Shown here: positions 1 to 7,883 of the stretch, one piece after another
How positions within the stretch are numbered: position 1 is the first letter of the stretch
How the letters are laid out: the number at the start of each line of letters is the position of its first letter
Origin: Pirellula staleyi DSM 6068
GTDB taxonomy: Bacteria; Planctomycetota; Planctomycetia; Pirellulales; Pirellulaceae
NCBI GenBank assembly: GCA_000025185.1
Contig: CP001848.1
Span: forward strand, 5,460,001 to 5,492,000
Direction: 5' to 3'
DNA length: 32,000 bases
The notes under the pieces: generated by a model
Database searches by the model: none
Told to the model about the DNA's origin: nothing
What the model saw: the letters and a program-made list of their open reading frames with translations, nothing else
Made by a program: the position numbers and the translations under genes

Positions 1-1
1 G

Positions 2-346
2 ATCTGCCTGCCGATCGACGCCTTCCTCTTCGCGCTACTCATTCAAAAGCTTAGCGACCACGAACTTCCCTACTGGAAAGCTGCAATCTTCGCGGCTGCC
101 AACATCCCGGTCATGTTTGCCACGGCTGTTGCTACCGGTCTTCTCGCAGGTACTTTGAACCTAGCGCTAAATCTCCCACCTTGGCTGATAACCATTCCCT
201 GCGTCGCCACGCTTCCTCTGGGAACTGCCACAGCACTCTGGCTGGCATTTGATCTTCCGGTGCGAACATCGCTCGTCGTATCGGCAGCCTACTACGCCAT
301 CGTTCTCCCGCCGCTCGCGCTCCTCGTGCTGCTGAGTAATCGGTAG
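2..346 (+). CDS. small polytopic membrane protein, 5' end cut by window edge (paralog of 517..837)
   Basis: The frame is open from position 2 to TAG at 344-346, with an internal ATG at 113. The translation is almost entirely hydrophobic, with several TM-length segments. It aligns with the next gene product (LWLAFDLPVRTSLVVSAAYYAI vs LWLVFNLDPLRAGLVGVSFVAI; LIQKLSDHELPYW vs LIKLIADEDIEFT). No family recognised. Confidence 0.45.
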   Translation: MCLPIDAFLFALLIQKLSDHELPYWKAAIFAAANIPVMFATAVATGLLAGTLNLALNLPPWLITIPCVATLPLGTATALWLAFDLPVRTSLVVSAAYYAIVLPPLALLVLLSNR

Positions 347-516
347 CTCCAGTCGACCCGCCAAAAACACAAATTAACGACAAAAACCACCTGTAAGTAT
401 AGCTCCCTCAACTTCTGCAGACTATACTTCTGCCCACTTGGTCAATCCATCCTCTCCCGGCCGCATTTCTACAACTGCTCACTTCACTTTCAGATCCAAG
501 ACGGAGAGCGAAATCG

Positions 517-837
517 ATGATACTGGGGTTCATCATCAATGCGTTTGTTCTACTCGTACTCATCAAGCTGATTGCCGATGAGGATATCGAATTCACACAG
601 CTCGGCTGGTTTTCTGTCGGCTGCACGGTGGTCGCCATCGCACTCACCTATGGTCTCGCATCGGCCTTAGGATTCGCGGGGCTGATCATCGCGTTGGTTG
701 CCCTCCCGCTCATTGTTGGCGCAGGGCTGTGGCTAGTGTTCAATCTAGATCCCTTGCGGGCAGGCCTAGTGGGCGTGAGTTTTGTCGCCATCAGGTTCGC
801 CTTCGAACTGGGGCTGAGTTACGTTTTTTCCGCTTGA
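517..837 (+). CDS. small polytopic membrane protein (paralog of 2..346)
   Basis: 106-aa ORF running from ATG to TGA (835-837). It has 3-4 hydrophobic helices and visible similarity to the upstream ORF. It ends 21 nt before the next gene on the same strand. Confidence 0.5.
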   Translation: MILGFIINAFVLLVLIKLIADEDIEFTQLGWFSVGCTVVAIALTYGLASALGFAGLIIALVALPLIVGAGLWLVFNLDPLRAGLVGVSFVAIRFAFELGLSYVFSA

Positions 838-858
838 TGGCAACCGCCGGAGGCTCCC

Positions 859-1731
859 ATGGCCATGTCGAATTCGCGACGACGTTTTCTCAAGACAACC
901 TTGGCCGGAACGCTCGCGACAGCAGCCTTCACTGGGACCTCCATCGCCGGAGCGGAGGACAAAAAAACGCTCCGTGTGATTGCCTACAACGTGTACGAGT
1001 GCACCGGCTGGCCGAAAGAACGTGCGCTCGGCAAAAAGGCGACAGCGCTCGGGCAAATGCCGGTACGATTCGCCCATGAACTCGCCCTGTATGAGCCCGA
1101 CATCATCAATTTTTCGGAGAGCCCGAAAGAGCCCATCGTGAAGCAAATCGCCGAACTACTGGGGATGAACTACACCTATTTTCCCAGTGGCGTGAAATGG
1201 CCCGGGGCGATCCTCAGCCGCTTCAAAATCACAGGCTCGCAGAATTGCCCACTGGTCCAAGGGGAGCGCCCAGCTGACCTGTTCACACGTCACTGGGGTG
1301 TGGCGACCCTCCAAATCGCCGCCGATCACGATCTGGTGATTCACTCGGCTCACTTGCATCCCGACATGGAACCCGCGACCCGCCTGCAAGAGATTCCTCG
1401 GATGCTGGAATCGATGGAGAAAGATCTTTCCGCCGGTCGATCGATGCTCCTCATGGGAGACCTCAATCACACGCCCGACACCAAAGAATATGAACTCTGG
1501 AAGAAGGCAGGCTGGCAGGACACTTTCACCCAGGCCGGAGCAGGGGAGGGGCTCACGATCAAGTCCGATACCCCCGATCGCCGGATCGACTACATCCTGG
1601 CAGCCGGCCCAATCGCCAAGACAATCAAGTCGTCGCGCCCCCTGTTTGAAGGCGCGTTTCGCGTCAACAACGCCGACGCCGAGTCCTTCGCCCTCAGCGA
1701 CCACTTGCCCCAACTTGCCATTTTTGAGTAA
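859..1731 (+). CDS. Tat-exported endonuclease/exonuclease/phosphatase (EEP) family protein
   Basis: GGAGG lies 5 nt upstream of ATG 859. The N-terminus has the twin-arginine consensus SRRRFLK followed by a hydrophobic region and AGA. EEP motifs are present: LRVIAYNVYE near the N-terminus, GDLNHTPD, RIDYIL, and C-terminal SDHLP. Confidence 0.85.
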   Translation: MAMSNSRRRFLKTTLAGTLATAAFTGTSIAGAEDKKTLRVIAYNVYECTGWPKERALGKKATALGQMPVRFAHELALYEPDIINFSESPKEPIVKQIAELLGMNYTYFPSGVKWPGAILSRFKITGSQNCPLVQGERPADLFTRHWGVATLQIAADHDLVIHSAHLHPDMEPATRLQEIPRMLESMEKDLSAGRSMLLMGDLNHTPDTKEYELWKKAGWQDTFTQAGAGEGLTIKSDTPDRRIDYILAAGPIAKTIKSSRPLFEGAFRVNNADAESFALSDHLPQLAIFE

Positions 1732-1843
1732 CGCGCGAGCTCACCAGCGACTCGCCTCCGTGCATTTCGCCCAGCCTCCTTCGCCAGAGCAACTTCGCCC
1801 CAGCAGTCTCCCCGACGAGAGGCCGCGATCTCTTTTTTTCGAT

Positions 1844-1871
1844 TTTTTCCACGACCAGGAAAAAATATTTT
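1844..1871 (+). terminator. candidate intrinsic terminator (A/T-rich hairpin plus T-run) between the EEP gene and tRNA
   Basis: tttttcc (1844-1850) pairs with ggaaaaa (1858-1864) around the loop acgacca, and is followed by tattttt. The stem is weak (A/T-rich), so this is tentative. It could act for either convergent transcript. Confidence 0.3.
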
Positions 1872-1875
1872 TCGA

Positions 1876-1962
1876 GTAGCCGGAACGGGGATCGAACCCG
1901 TACGTCCCTAACGGGACACAGGATTTTAAGTCCTGTGCGTCTGCCTATTCCGCCATCCGGCC
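1876..1962 (-). tRNA. tRNA-Leu, anticodon UAA (class II, long variable arm)
   Basis: The reverse complement gives acceptor stem GGCCGGA/TCCGGCT with discriminator A, and T arm ACGGG-TTCGATC-CCCGT. The anticodon loop is CTTAAAA (anticodon TAA = + strand 1926-1928). A long variable stem-loop (GTGTCCCGTTAGGGACG) is present. CCA is not encoded. Length is 87 nt. Confidence 0.9.
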
Positions 1963-2647
1963 ATCTATCGGTGAGGGGAGTCGCTGCCACTCGCGGCAAT
2001 TCGAGGGGCTCCTACTCAGCCGATTGCGTTTTTCTGAAATTCTCTATGTTCTGCCAACCTTCCGCAGTTCGCGGTTGGTCGCCGAGTCCCCCTCGAAAAG
2101 ACGCGTTTCGCCAAAATCGTTCGCTACTGATCGCGCGAGCCGCAGGCTACTGAGTCTCCTGAAGGTTGGTCTCCTAGGGATTAAAGCCAGCTCAGATTTA
2201 GTCCCTCACGGCCATCGGCAGGTTCGCAGTTGTCGCTCAAGCCTTAAGTCCACGCTCATTTTGGCGAAGCATTCCAGCCAATTTTGGCCACACCTGCCTC
2301 TGACTCTGACGAAGGGTCTTTACTTTACGACATTTCGCGCGACGGGAAAGCGGAGGTGTGCGGAAACGCCCTTCTGCTTGAAGACCGCAGAGTCCCGGTG
2401 CCCCATGCTCGGCGGGCTCGTGCGGGTAGTCGCGTTTGCTGCAAGTCGACATAGGCAAACCAAGCCAGCGGCGTACAATGCTGCAGATTGGCAGCACGGC
2501 TGCAACAGCGGAGAGACCTCGTCCCGGCGAGCCGTTTTGATGCTTCCAGAAAGAACGTTTTGCCAAACTTGGCGAGCAAGATGCTCGCGGAAGATCCTGC
2601 CCCTTGTTGCCTCACGCAACGCACTCCCTCGAGACCCACCTTTCGCC

Positions 2648-3178
2648 ATGAACCCTCTCATGCTTCCACTGGCTCAGCAGTTTGGCGGTACCAATGGATT
2701 TTTGGGAACCCGCGGCTCGCTGATGCTTGACGTGGTGTTCCTCGCCATGTTTGCGGTGGTGCCGCTACTGGCTCTGAGCATCTACGTGGTGAAATACCGC
2801 CGCGCGTACGACCTGCATAAAAAACTGCAGATCGTGATGGGAACGGTGCTGCTGCTGGCCGTGGTGGCATTCGAAGTCGACATGCAATTCCTCACGGTAT
2901 GGGAAGAGCGGGCCGAGCCTTCCCCTTATTTCTCGTCGCAATCGAAGTGGAGTTGCCCGGCTGGAATCAGTCTGCTGGTGCACCTGATGTTTGCCGTCCC
3001 GACGTTTGTGCTTTGGATCGTGGTGATGGTGCAGGCGCTGCGTCTGTTTGCATCGCCTCCCAAACCAGGTAAGCACAGCTTGTCGCACATGCTGTGGGGC
3101 AAATTAGCAGCGGTCGGAATGGTAGGAACAGCGGTTACCGGCTGGATTTTCTACTATCTGGCATTCGCCGCTGTTTAA
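2648..3178 (+). CDS. DUF420-like four-helix integral membrane protein
   Basis: The plausible coding part starts at ATG 2648 (MNPLMLPLAQQF...). The 176-aa product has four TM helices separated by basic loops (VKYRRAYDLHKK, conserved His in LLVHLMFAVP). Size and topology fit DUF420. The 208 codons upstream in the same open frame translate to an Arg/Ser/Cys-rich sequence that does not look like protein. Confidence 0.55.
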   Translation: MNPLMLPLAQQFGGTNGFLGTRGSLMLDVVFLAMFAVVPLLALSIYVVKYRRAYDLHKKLQIVMGTVLLLAVVAFEVDMQFLTVWEERAEPSPYFSSQSKWSCPAGISLLVHLMFAVPTFVLWIVVMVQALRLFASPPKPGKHSLSHMLWGKLAAVGMVGTAVTGWIFYYLAFAAV

Positions 3179-3199
3179 ATCGCAGCGATTCTACGGCTA

Positions 3200-4822
3200 C
3201 TACGATGGTGGCGAAGTGGGGATTTCATCGGCGCTGGGGATGATGATTTTGTCGATCTGATCAGCCGATCGCTGCTTCTTCGAGTTGCGATCATTCCGCC
3301 AAAAGATGAAGACCAGCGCCAGCACCATGATGGCGACCACGACAATCGCGCCTCCCACGACCAAGTCGGCAAGGACGTTGGAAGGACGCCCTTCACGCAG
3401 CACTTTCTCCGCATGCAAGCCAATCATCATCGGGGCGGGCTGCAGCTTTTCGAACTTCTCGGTAAAGCCACTCTGATACGACCAAACTTTGAAGAAGAGA
3501 GCCTCGCAGCGCAACGTTTCGTCGAGGTCTTCCCCTTCCGTGATACCGGGTGGAAGCTCGCGAAGCAGAACAGTGACTGGGAAGGTGTTGCGATAGGTCG
3601 GCGCTTCGTTCTCTTTAGTGCTCTTGCCGAGCGTGATGATTTTGTCGCGAAGCGGAATGAAGAGATCGACTTCGTAGTAGTGATGGATGCCGAAGCGAGC
3701 ACGCACATCGGGCTCCTCGACGAGCACCTTCACGATCCGCACCGCCGATGCCTCGAACTGGTAGATGGCGCCATGTTCGGATTCGGGTTTCACCATCAGT
3801 TTGGTGATGTCGAGTTCAGGGGATGTCTCGAAGCGCGGAGTTGTTTTTGCGACACGAGGAGCGATGTCGAGAAATTCGTAGAACGCTTCGCGATCTTCCG
3901 GGAGGATCGGCTTACCATTGGTTTTGCGAAGATGGTCGAGCAGGCCGACATCGAAGCCCCACGTAGCTAGCCGGAGTTCGAGCGGGCCAATCGACCGAGT
4001 TGGATCGGCTTTGGTCGGAAACCAACTGAACGTTTCTCCGCAGAAATAGAGTTCGACTTTCTTATCCTCGTCTTCGGCTCCAGCTTTGAGGAACATGGCG
4101 TCGATGGTGGCAGGCTCGTTGATCGGAGCGCCCACTTTCCACTGCGTAGGAACAAAGCGGGTGTAGACCACAGCCCGCTGCTCGCTGCCATCGAGTTTCA
4201 TTTCGACCCGATAGTATTTTTTATATTCGAGCAGCCGAACGAGTTCGGGGAGGAGTGCAATCGCTTCGATCTGCTGCACCTCGCCTTTCAACAAGAAGAT
4301 TTGACCTCGTCGGGGATTGGGATCGGCAATCAGTTGATCCCAAGACACATCCTTTTGACGCCACCGGAGGAGATTGTCGCGCCCCAGTCGTGGATAGCGA
4401 TAGAGAATGCGCACGAGCACATCCTCTTCTCCCGATTCGATCGGCAAGCCGCTGATGAAGCTCGCGATCTGGCTATCGCCAATGTTGAATCGCTCGAGCA
4501 CTTCCACCGGAGATGCTGGCTGACGAAGGACCGGCACCACCGACTTCATCCGCGATTTCCACGGAAGGTCGTCGGACGATTCCTCGGCCTTGGTATCTGG
4601 TGCGGTCGCTGCAGGCTGCTCGATTTTTGGAGGCTCACTCGCGGGCAATTCGGCTGTAGGAACATTGGTCGCAGGGTCGTCGGCGCTCAGCTGCCGGGCC
4701 GAAGTGGGTTGAATGTCGAGCCCAACGAAACAGAACGCCAGCACGCCACAAACTGCTGCGCGATGCGCGAGGATGCGGCGGAAAGAGCAACTCAGAACTT
4801 GCAAGGCAAAGGAGAGCGTCAT
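3200..4822 (-). CDS. secreted, C-terminally membrane-anchored protein with two copies of a beta-rich module (paralog of 4986..6731)
   Basis: The long ORF spans 3200..4924. I prefer the ATG at 4822 (MTLSFALQVL...RRILAHRAAVCGVLAFCFVGL, signal-like), with alternative starts up to 4924. A C-terminal TM (LVVGGAIVVVAIMVLALVFIFW) is followed by a basic tail. Two internal modules resemble each other and the C-terminal module of the upstream gene. No known family recognised. Confidence 0.7.
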   Translation of the reverse strand: MTLSFALQVLSCSFRRILAHRAAVCGVLAFCFVGLDIQPTSARQLSADDPATNVPTAELPASEPPKIEQPAATAPDTKAEESSDDLPWKSRMKSVVPVLRQPASPVEVLERFNIGDSQIASFISGLPIESGEEDVLVRILYRYPRLGRDNLLRWRQKDVSWDQLIADPNPRRGQIFLLKGEVQQIEAIALLPELVRLLEYKKYYRVEMKLDGSEQRAVVYTRFVPTQWKVGAPINEPATIDAMFLKAGAEDEDKKVELYFCGETFSWFPTKADPTRSIGPLELRLATWGFDVGLLDHLRKTNGKPILPEDREAFYEFLDIAPRVAKTTPRFETSPELDITKLMVKPESEHGAIYQFEASAVRIVKVLVEEPDVRARFGIHHYYEVDLFIPLRDKIITLGKSTKENEAPTYRNTFPVTVLLRELPPGITEGEDLDETLRCEALFFKVWSYQSGFTEKFEKLQPAPMMIGLHAEKVLREGRPSNVLADLVVGGAIVVVAIMVLALVFIFWRNDRNSKKQRSADQIDKIIIPSADEIPTSPPS

Positions 4823-4985
4823 CGATCGACCTGACTGCAAGAGACCTAGGAGAGAAGCGTGAGATGTCGACGAGCGGTGGAGTTGAGTGAGCATTCTAGA
4901 GTGGGCCGCACAGACGAGTAGCATGTGCAGGGCTGGTAATCGTAGCGAAACAGGCTAGAGCAACTGGTCCCCCCCATGATCCGCG

Positions 4986-6731
4986 TTAATCACTCGGCCG
5001 ATCGCGCTGGTCACTATCTTTCGAAGTAACATCACGTTTTGAAGCAGCATCACCGCTCGGTTGTTCCTCGCGGCGCGCTTGTTCTTCGAGCAGTGCTAAG
5101 TTCTCGCGCGGGGTTGGTGGGAGCTGCCAAACCTGGAGAGGTGTCAGATCTACATGAGGATCAAGCGTCACGGTGTGAAACTTTTTCTGCTGCTCGTTGA
5201 GCCAGCGGACCATGATGGCGACGATGACGATCGATCCCATGAGCGCGACGGAGATGATGGTCAGCAGCGTGCTGCTATCGACGCGCTGATTGACGGTTGA
5301 GCGTGCCAGCGAAGCAGCCCGATCCCAGCGTGGCATGCGCGCGATGACCATCGGCGCGCTGTAAGTTCCATCCATGCCGAGATAGGCGTGCCGCTTAAAG
5401 TAGTAGCCTGTAAATTCCACATCCTCGTGAATCTTCGAGACTTTGCCATCGACGTCGCGATCGTAGATCTTTGGAAATCCCTCGGGAATTTCAAGGGAAT
5501 AGACCATGATGGGGGACGTGGGGCCTCCCTCCGGCTGAATCCAAAAGACGTAGTAGCCATCGATCCCCAAACTGTTTTTCTGGGCGCGAACATGATAGGC
5601 CTCGCGCGCGACACCTCTCACATCGACCACCTTGCCACGGTAGTCGGCTGACTGCTCGTATAGCTGCAGGTAAGCGACCCGACCGAGCGATTTCTTGGCC
5701 AGTTCACGATCGGAGCGTGATCGCAGATCATCGAGCAAGGTGAACCAGACCTCGCGCTCGATCGGGCGAAACATCGTGTCATCCCCCACGAGCCCCAGAG
5801 CCAGTTTCACAAGTACGCGATGTACTTCGCTAACACTCTCGAGTTGCTCGGAACTAATGGAGGTTTTCTCGCACCAAGCTTCGAGTGGGGCGATGACTTC
5901 TTTTTGCATCCGTTCACCGACCTGCCGCAGCACGTCGATCCAACGCAGGCGATCGTCTCCCTCGAGTTCTCCTACGGCGGCAAATGCGCTGGCGTGATAG
6001 TCGTTCCAAAGTTTGCCGATCACGTCGACGAGTTGTTTCGATTTAACGCGGAGTTCATCCGAACCGACGTCGCGAGCCTGCACAGCGCGGAGCATGTCGA
6101 ACAAAACAACGCGCTCGTCGTTTTCGAGTTGTACGTACATCGTGCGCCAGGCATCGCGCCAAGCGCGCTCGAGAGGATCGAGGGGGCGGTCATCTTCCGC
6201 CAGAATTTCAGTCTCTTCCCAAACGGGATCAGCCGCCGCTGTTTCTACGGCCGAATCTGTCCCTGATGTGGTAGCCGGTGATTCCGCAACGGGATTGTCG
6301 CTGCCGGGCTGCTTACTGCTGGGCTCACTCGCTTGCGCGAGTAGTTCGGCTGTTTCGGAGGCTTTGGTCGGGAAAACAAAGGTTCCAGCGGCATCGTACT
6401 CGGTGCGCGACGGCTTGGGGTCGAGCCGATTGCGGATCTCGGGAAACTCGCGCTCCGAGGCTTCTCGCTTGTCGAATTTCCAGAGCCAGTCCCAAGTTTT
6501 GGGCTGACTAGCACGCTCGGCAACCGCCAGCACCAGCATCAGTCCAGCGACCAGTGTAAAGAGTCGCAATTTGACCGAGCGGCTCTGAAAGTTCGGAATG
6601 GATGCCTCGCGGCGCTTCCGAAAACGCTCCGCAGCCGACTCACGCTGTTCGTCAGTCAGGCCTGCTCCCGCAGGAATCTCTTCCGGGAGCACGAACCGCT
6701 CGGATGGGGAGGGGGTAGTTTCGTCGCTCAT
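4986..6731 (-). CDS. bitopic (N- and C-terminal TM) envelope protein, paralogous C-terminal module to 3200..4822
   Basis: 581-aa ORF. It has an N-terminal cytoplasmic segment, a TM (LFTLVAGLMLVLAV), and an acidic low-complexity linker. A helical region follows, then the module YRGKVVDVRGVAREAYHV..LGIDGYYVFWIQP..IMVYSLEIPEGF..VEFTGYYFKRHAY..SAPMVIA. It ends with a TM (LLTIISVALMGSIVIVAIMV) and a charged tail. Confidence 0.75.
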   Translation of the reverse strand: MSDETTPSPSERFVLPEEIPAGAGLTDEQRESAAERFRKRREASIPNFQSRSVKLRLFTLVAGLMLVLAVAERASQPKTWDWLWKFDKREASEREFPEIRNRLDPKPSRTEYDAAGTFVFPTKASETAELLAQASEPSSKQPGSDNPVAESPATTSGTDSAVETAAADPVWEETEILAEDDRPLDPLERAWRDAWRTMYVQLENDERVVLFDMLRAVQARDVGSDELRVKSKQLVDVIGKLWNDYHASAFAAVGELEGDDRLRWIDVLRQVGERMQKEVIAPLEAWCEKTSISSEQLESVSEVHRVLVKLALGLVGDDTMFRPIEREVWFTLLDDLRSRSDRELAKKSLGRVAYLQLYEQSADYRGKVVDVRGVAREAYHVRAQKNSLGIDGYYVFWIQPEGGPTSPIMVYSLEIPEGFPKIYDRDVDGKVSKIHEDVEFTGYYFKRHAYLGMDGTYSAPMVIARMPRWDRAASLARSTVNQRVDSSTLLTIISVALMGSIVIVAIMVRWLNEQQKKFHTVTLDPHVDLTPLQVWQLPPTPRENLALLEEQARREEQPSGDAASKRDVTSKDSDQRDRPSD

Positions 6732-7098
6732 AGAGAATGCTGTTACGCTTAAATCTGTCCGGCCGTTGCCTGATCGTTACCAGAACTTGAGTGGTGCCGC
6801 GTCGCTGCCAGGTTGTCAGTCGGGACGGCTGCTGAAAATCATCCTACCAGTCATTCTATACCGAACTCGCCACCCAGCTGCTGCCTAGCTGGCAAACGTC
6901 CACTACAGGGCGAAGTTGCTGCGGCTCCACACCTTAGGAATCGTGCGGAGCAGGGGCTTCTATTGCAAAACCACCCATTCGAGCTACTTCCTTTGAAAGT
7001 TTGGTCGCGTGGAAGCCGTTTTCTTCAGATAATGGGGGTGTGTGGGAATAGTTTGCCCCGCTCGTCACGAAACAAAGAGTGCGAGGCACCCTCTCCGG

Positions 7099-7114
7099 TT
7101 TCTCGTGCGAGAAA
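7099..7114. promoter_or_regulatory. perfect 7-bp inverted repeat (tttctcg-tg-cgagaaa) about 90 nt upstream of the ECF sigma gene
   Basis: Read directly from the sequence. It lies in the 472-bp divergent intergenic region between 6731 and 7204. Its function (operator or RNA hairpin) is unknown. Confidence 0.2.
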
Positions 7115-7203
7115 TCTTCCTAGCAATCATGACGATCGAGGTTTCCCTGGTTCTGCAGACTCGGGCTCCGTCGAGCGTTCATTAGCAACTGGAGTGTTCC
7201 GTT

Positions 7204-7710
7204 TTGTCCCTCTCCATGGCCCGCTTTAACGCGCTGGTAGACGACCACGGTGCCGCGATGTTTCGCATGGCCTACCGGATGGTCGGCGACCGCCATGAAG
7301 CCGAGGATATGGTGCAAGAGACGTTTCGCTCGGCTTGGAAAAGTCGCGAGGCGTATGAACCTGGTCGTGGCGACCGGGCTTGGTTGGCGTCGATCTTGCG
7401 GAGGCGAATTGTCGATCGCTGGCGGCGTGGCAATGCACAGCCTGCTTTGTCGCTCATCGATGCCAACGACCGGAGCGTGCTGGGAGACGATCCACTAGCC
7501 GACGACTACACCGACGAAATGCAACGCGCCCTGGCCCATTTGCCGGAAGAACTTCGCGAAACATTGCTACTGGTGGTGGTGGGTGAATTGACGCACCAAG
7601 AGGTTGCCGATTTGCTCGACCTGCCGCTGGGGACCGTTCTTTCGCGTGTCAGCCGTGCTCGTAAGCGATTGCGAGAACTACTGATGGCAGCCCGCCCCAC
7701 CACCAATTAA
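7204..7710 (+). CDS. ECF-type RNA polymerase sigma-70 family factor
   Basis: Region 2 is AEDMVQETFRSAWKSREAYEPGRGDRAWLASILRRRIVDRWRR. Region 4 HTH is LPEELRETLLLVVVGELTHQEVADLLDLPLGTVLSRVSRARKRL. The TTG start at 7204 has GGAG 9 nt upstream. An alternative ATG lies at 7216. Confidence 0.9.
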   Translation: MSLSMARFNALVDDHGAAMFRMAYRMVGDRHEAEDMVQETFRSAWKSREAYEPGRGDRAWLASILRRRIVDRWRRGNAQPALSLIDANDRSVLGDDPLADDYTDEMQRALAHLPEELRETLLLVVVGELTHQEVADLLDLPLGTVLSRVSRARKRLRELLMAARPTTN

Positions 7711-7883
7711 ACACCGCGTCAATTAACCACCTCGCAAACTCAGCACCCACCTTCGATCAAACCTACCGACTTACTTCCTGGAAAACTGAAACGCGTTATG
7801 AGTCCGACGCTGATCGCAATCTGGCATCGGATTTCAAAAGCTTGTTTTCTACCCAACTGTTGGCTTTGTAGTTCGTCCTAACC

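Noticed and set aside
1-1962. Genomic island integrated at tRNA-Leu
   Set aside because: I found no repeat of the tRNA 3' half (gatcgaacccgtacg...) in the flanking sequence. No integrase lies adjacent to the tRNA.
2024-2647. N-terminal 208-codon extension of the DUF420-like ORF (the track gives 384 aa)
   Set aside because: The translation is Arg/Ser/Cys-rich with no hydrophobic or domain-like pattern. The membrane protein is complete from ATG 2648. The open frame is better explained by local stop-codon depletion (see the finding).
1963-2647. Possible RNase P RNA, tmRNA or SRP RNA in the large gap next to the tRNA
   Set aside because: I looked on both strands for the near-universal GGAAAGTCC (RNase P), a tRNA-like TTCGA...CCA 3' end (tmRNA) and the SRP GGAAGCAGCC-type motif. 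None is present.
6732-7203. ECF-type autoregulatory promoter (GGAAC-N16/17-CGTC) upstream of the sigma gene, and similar motifs before the TPR and exbB genes
   Set aside because: Only loose matches with wrong spacing turned up, for example ggttct...cgtc with a spacer of about 14 nt. They are not reportable without a position-weight model or mapped transcription starts.
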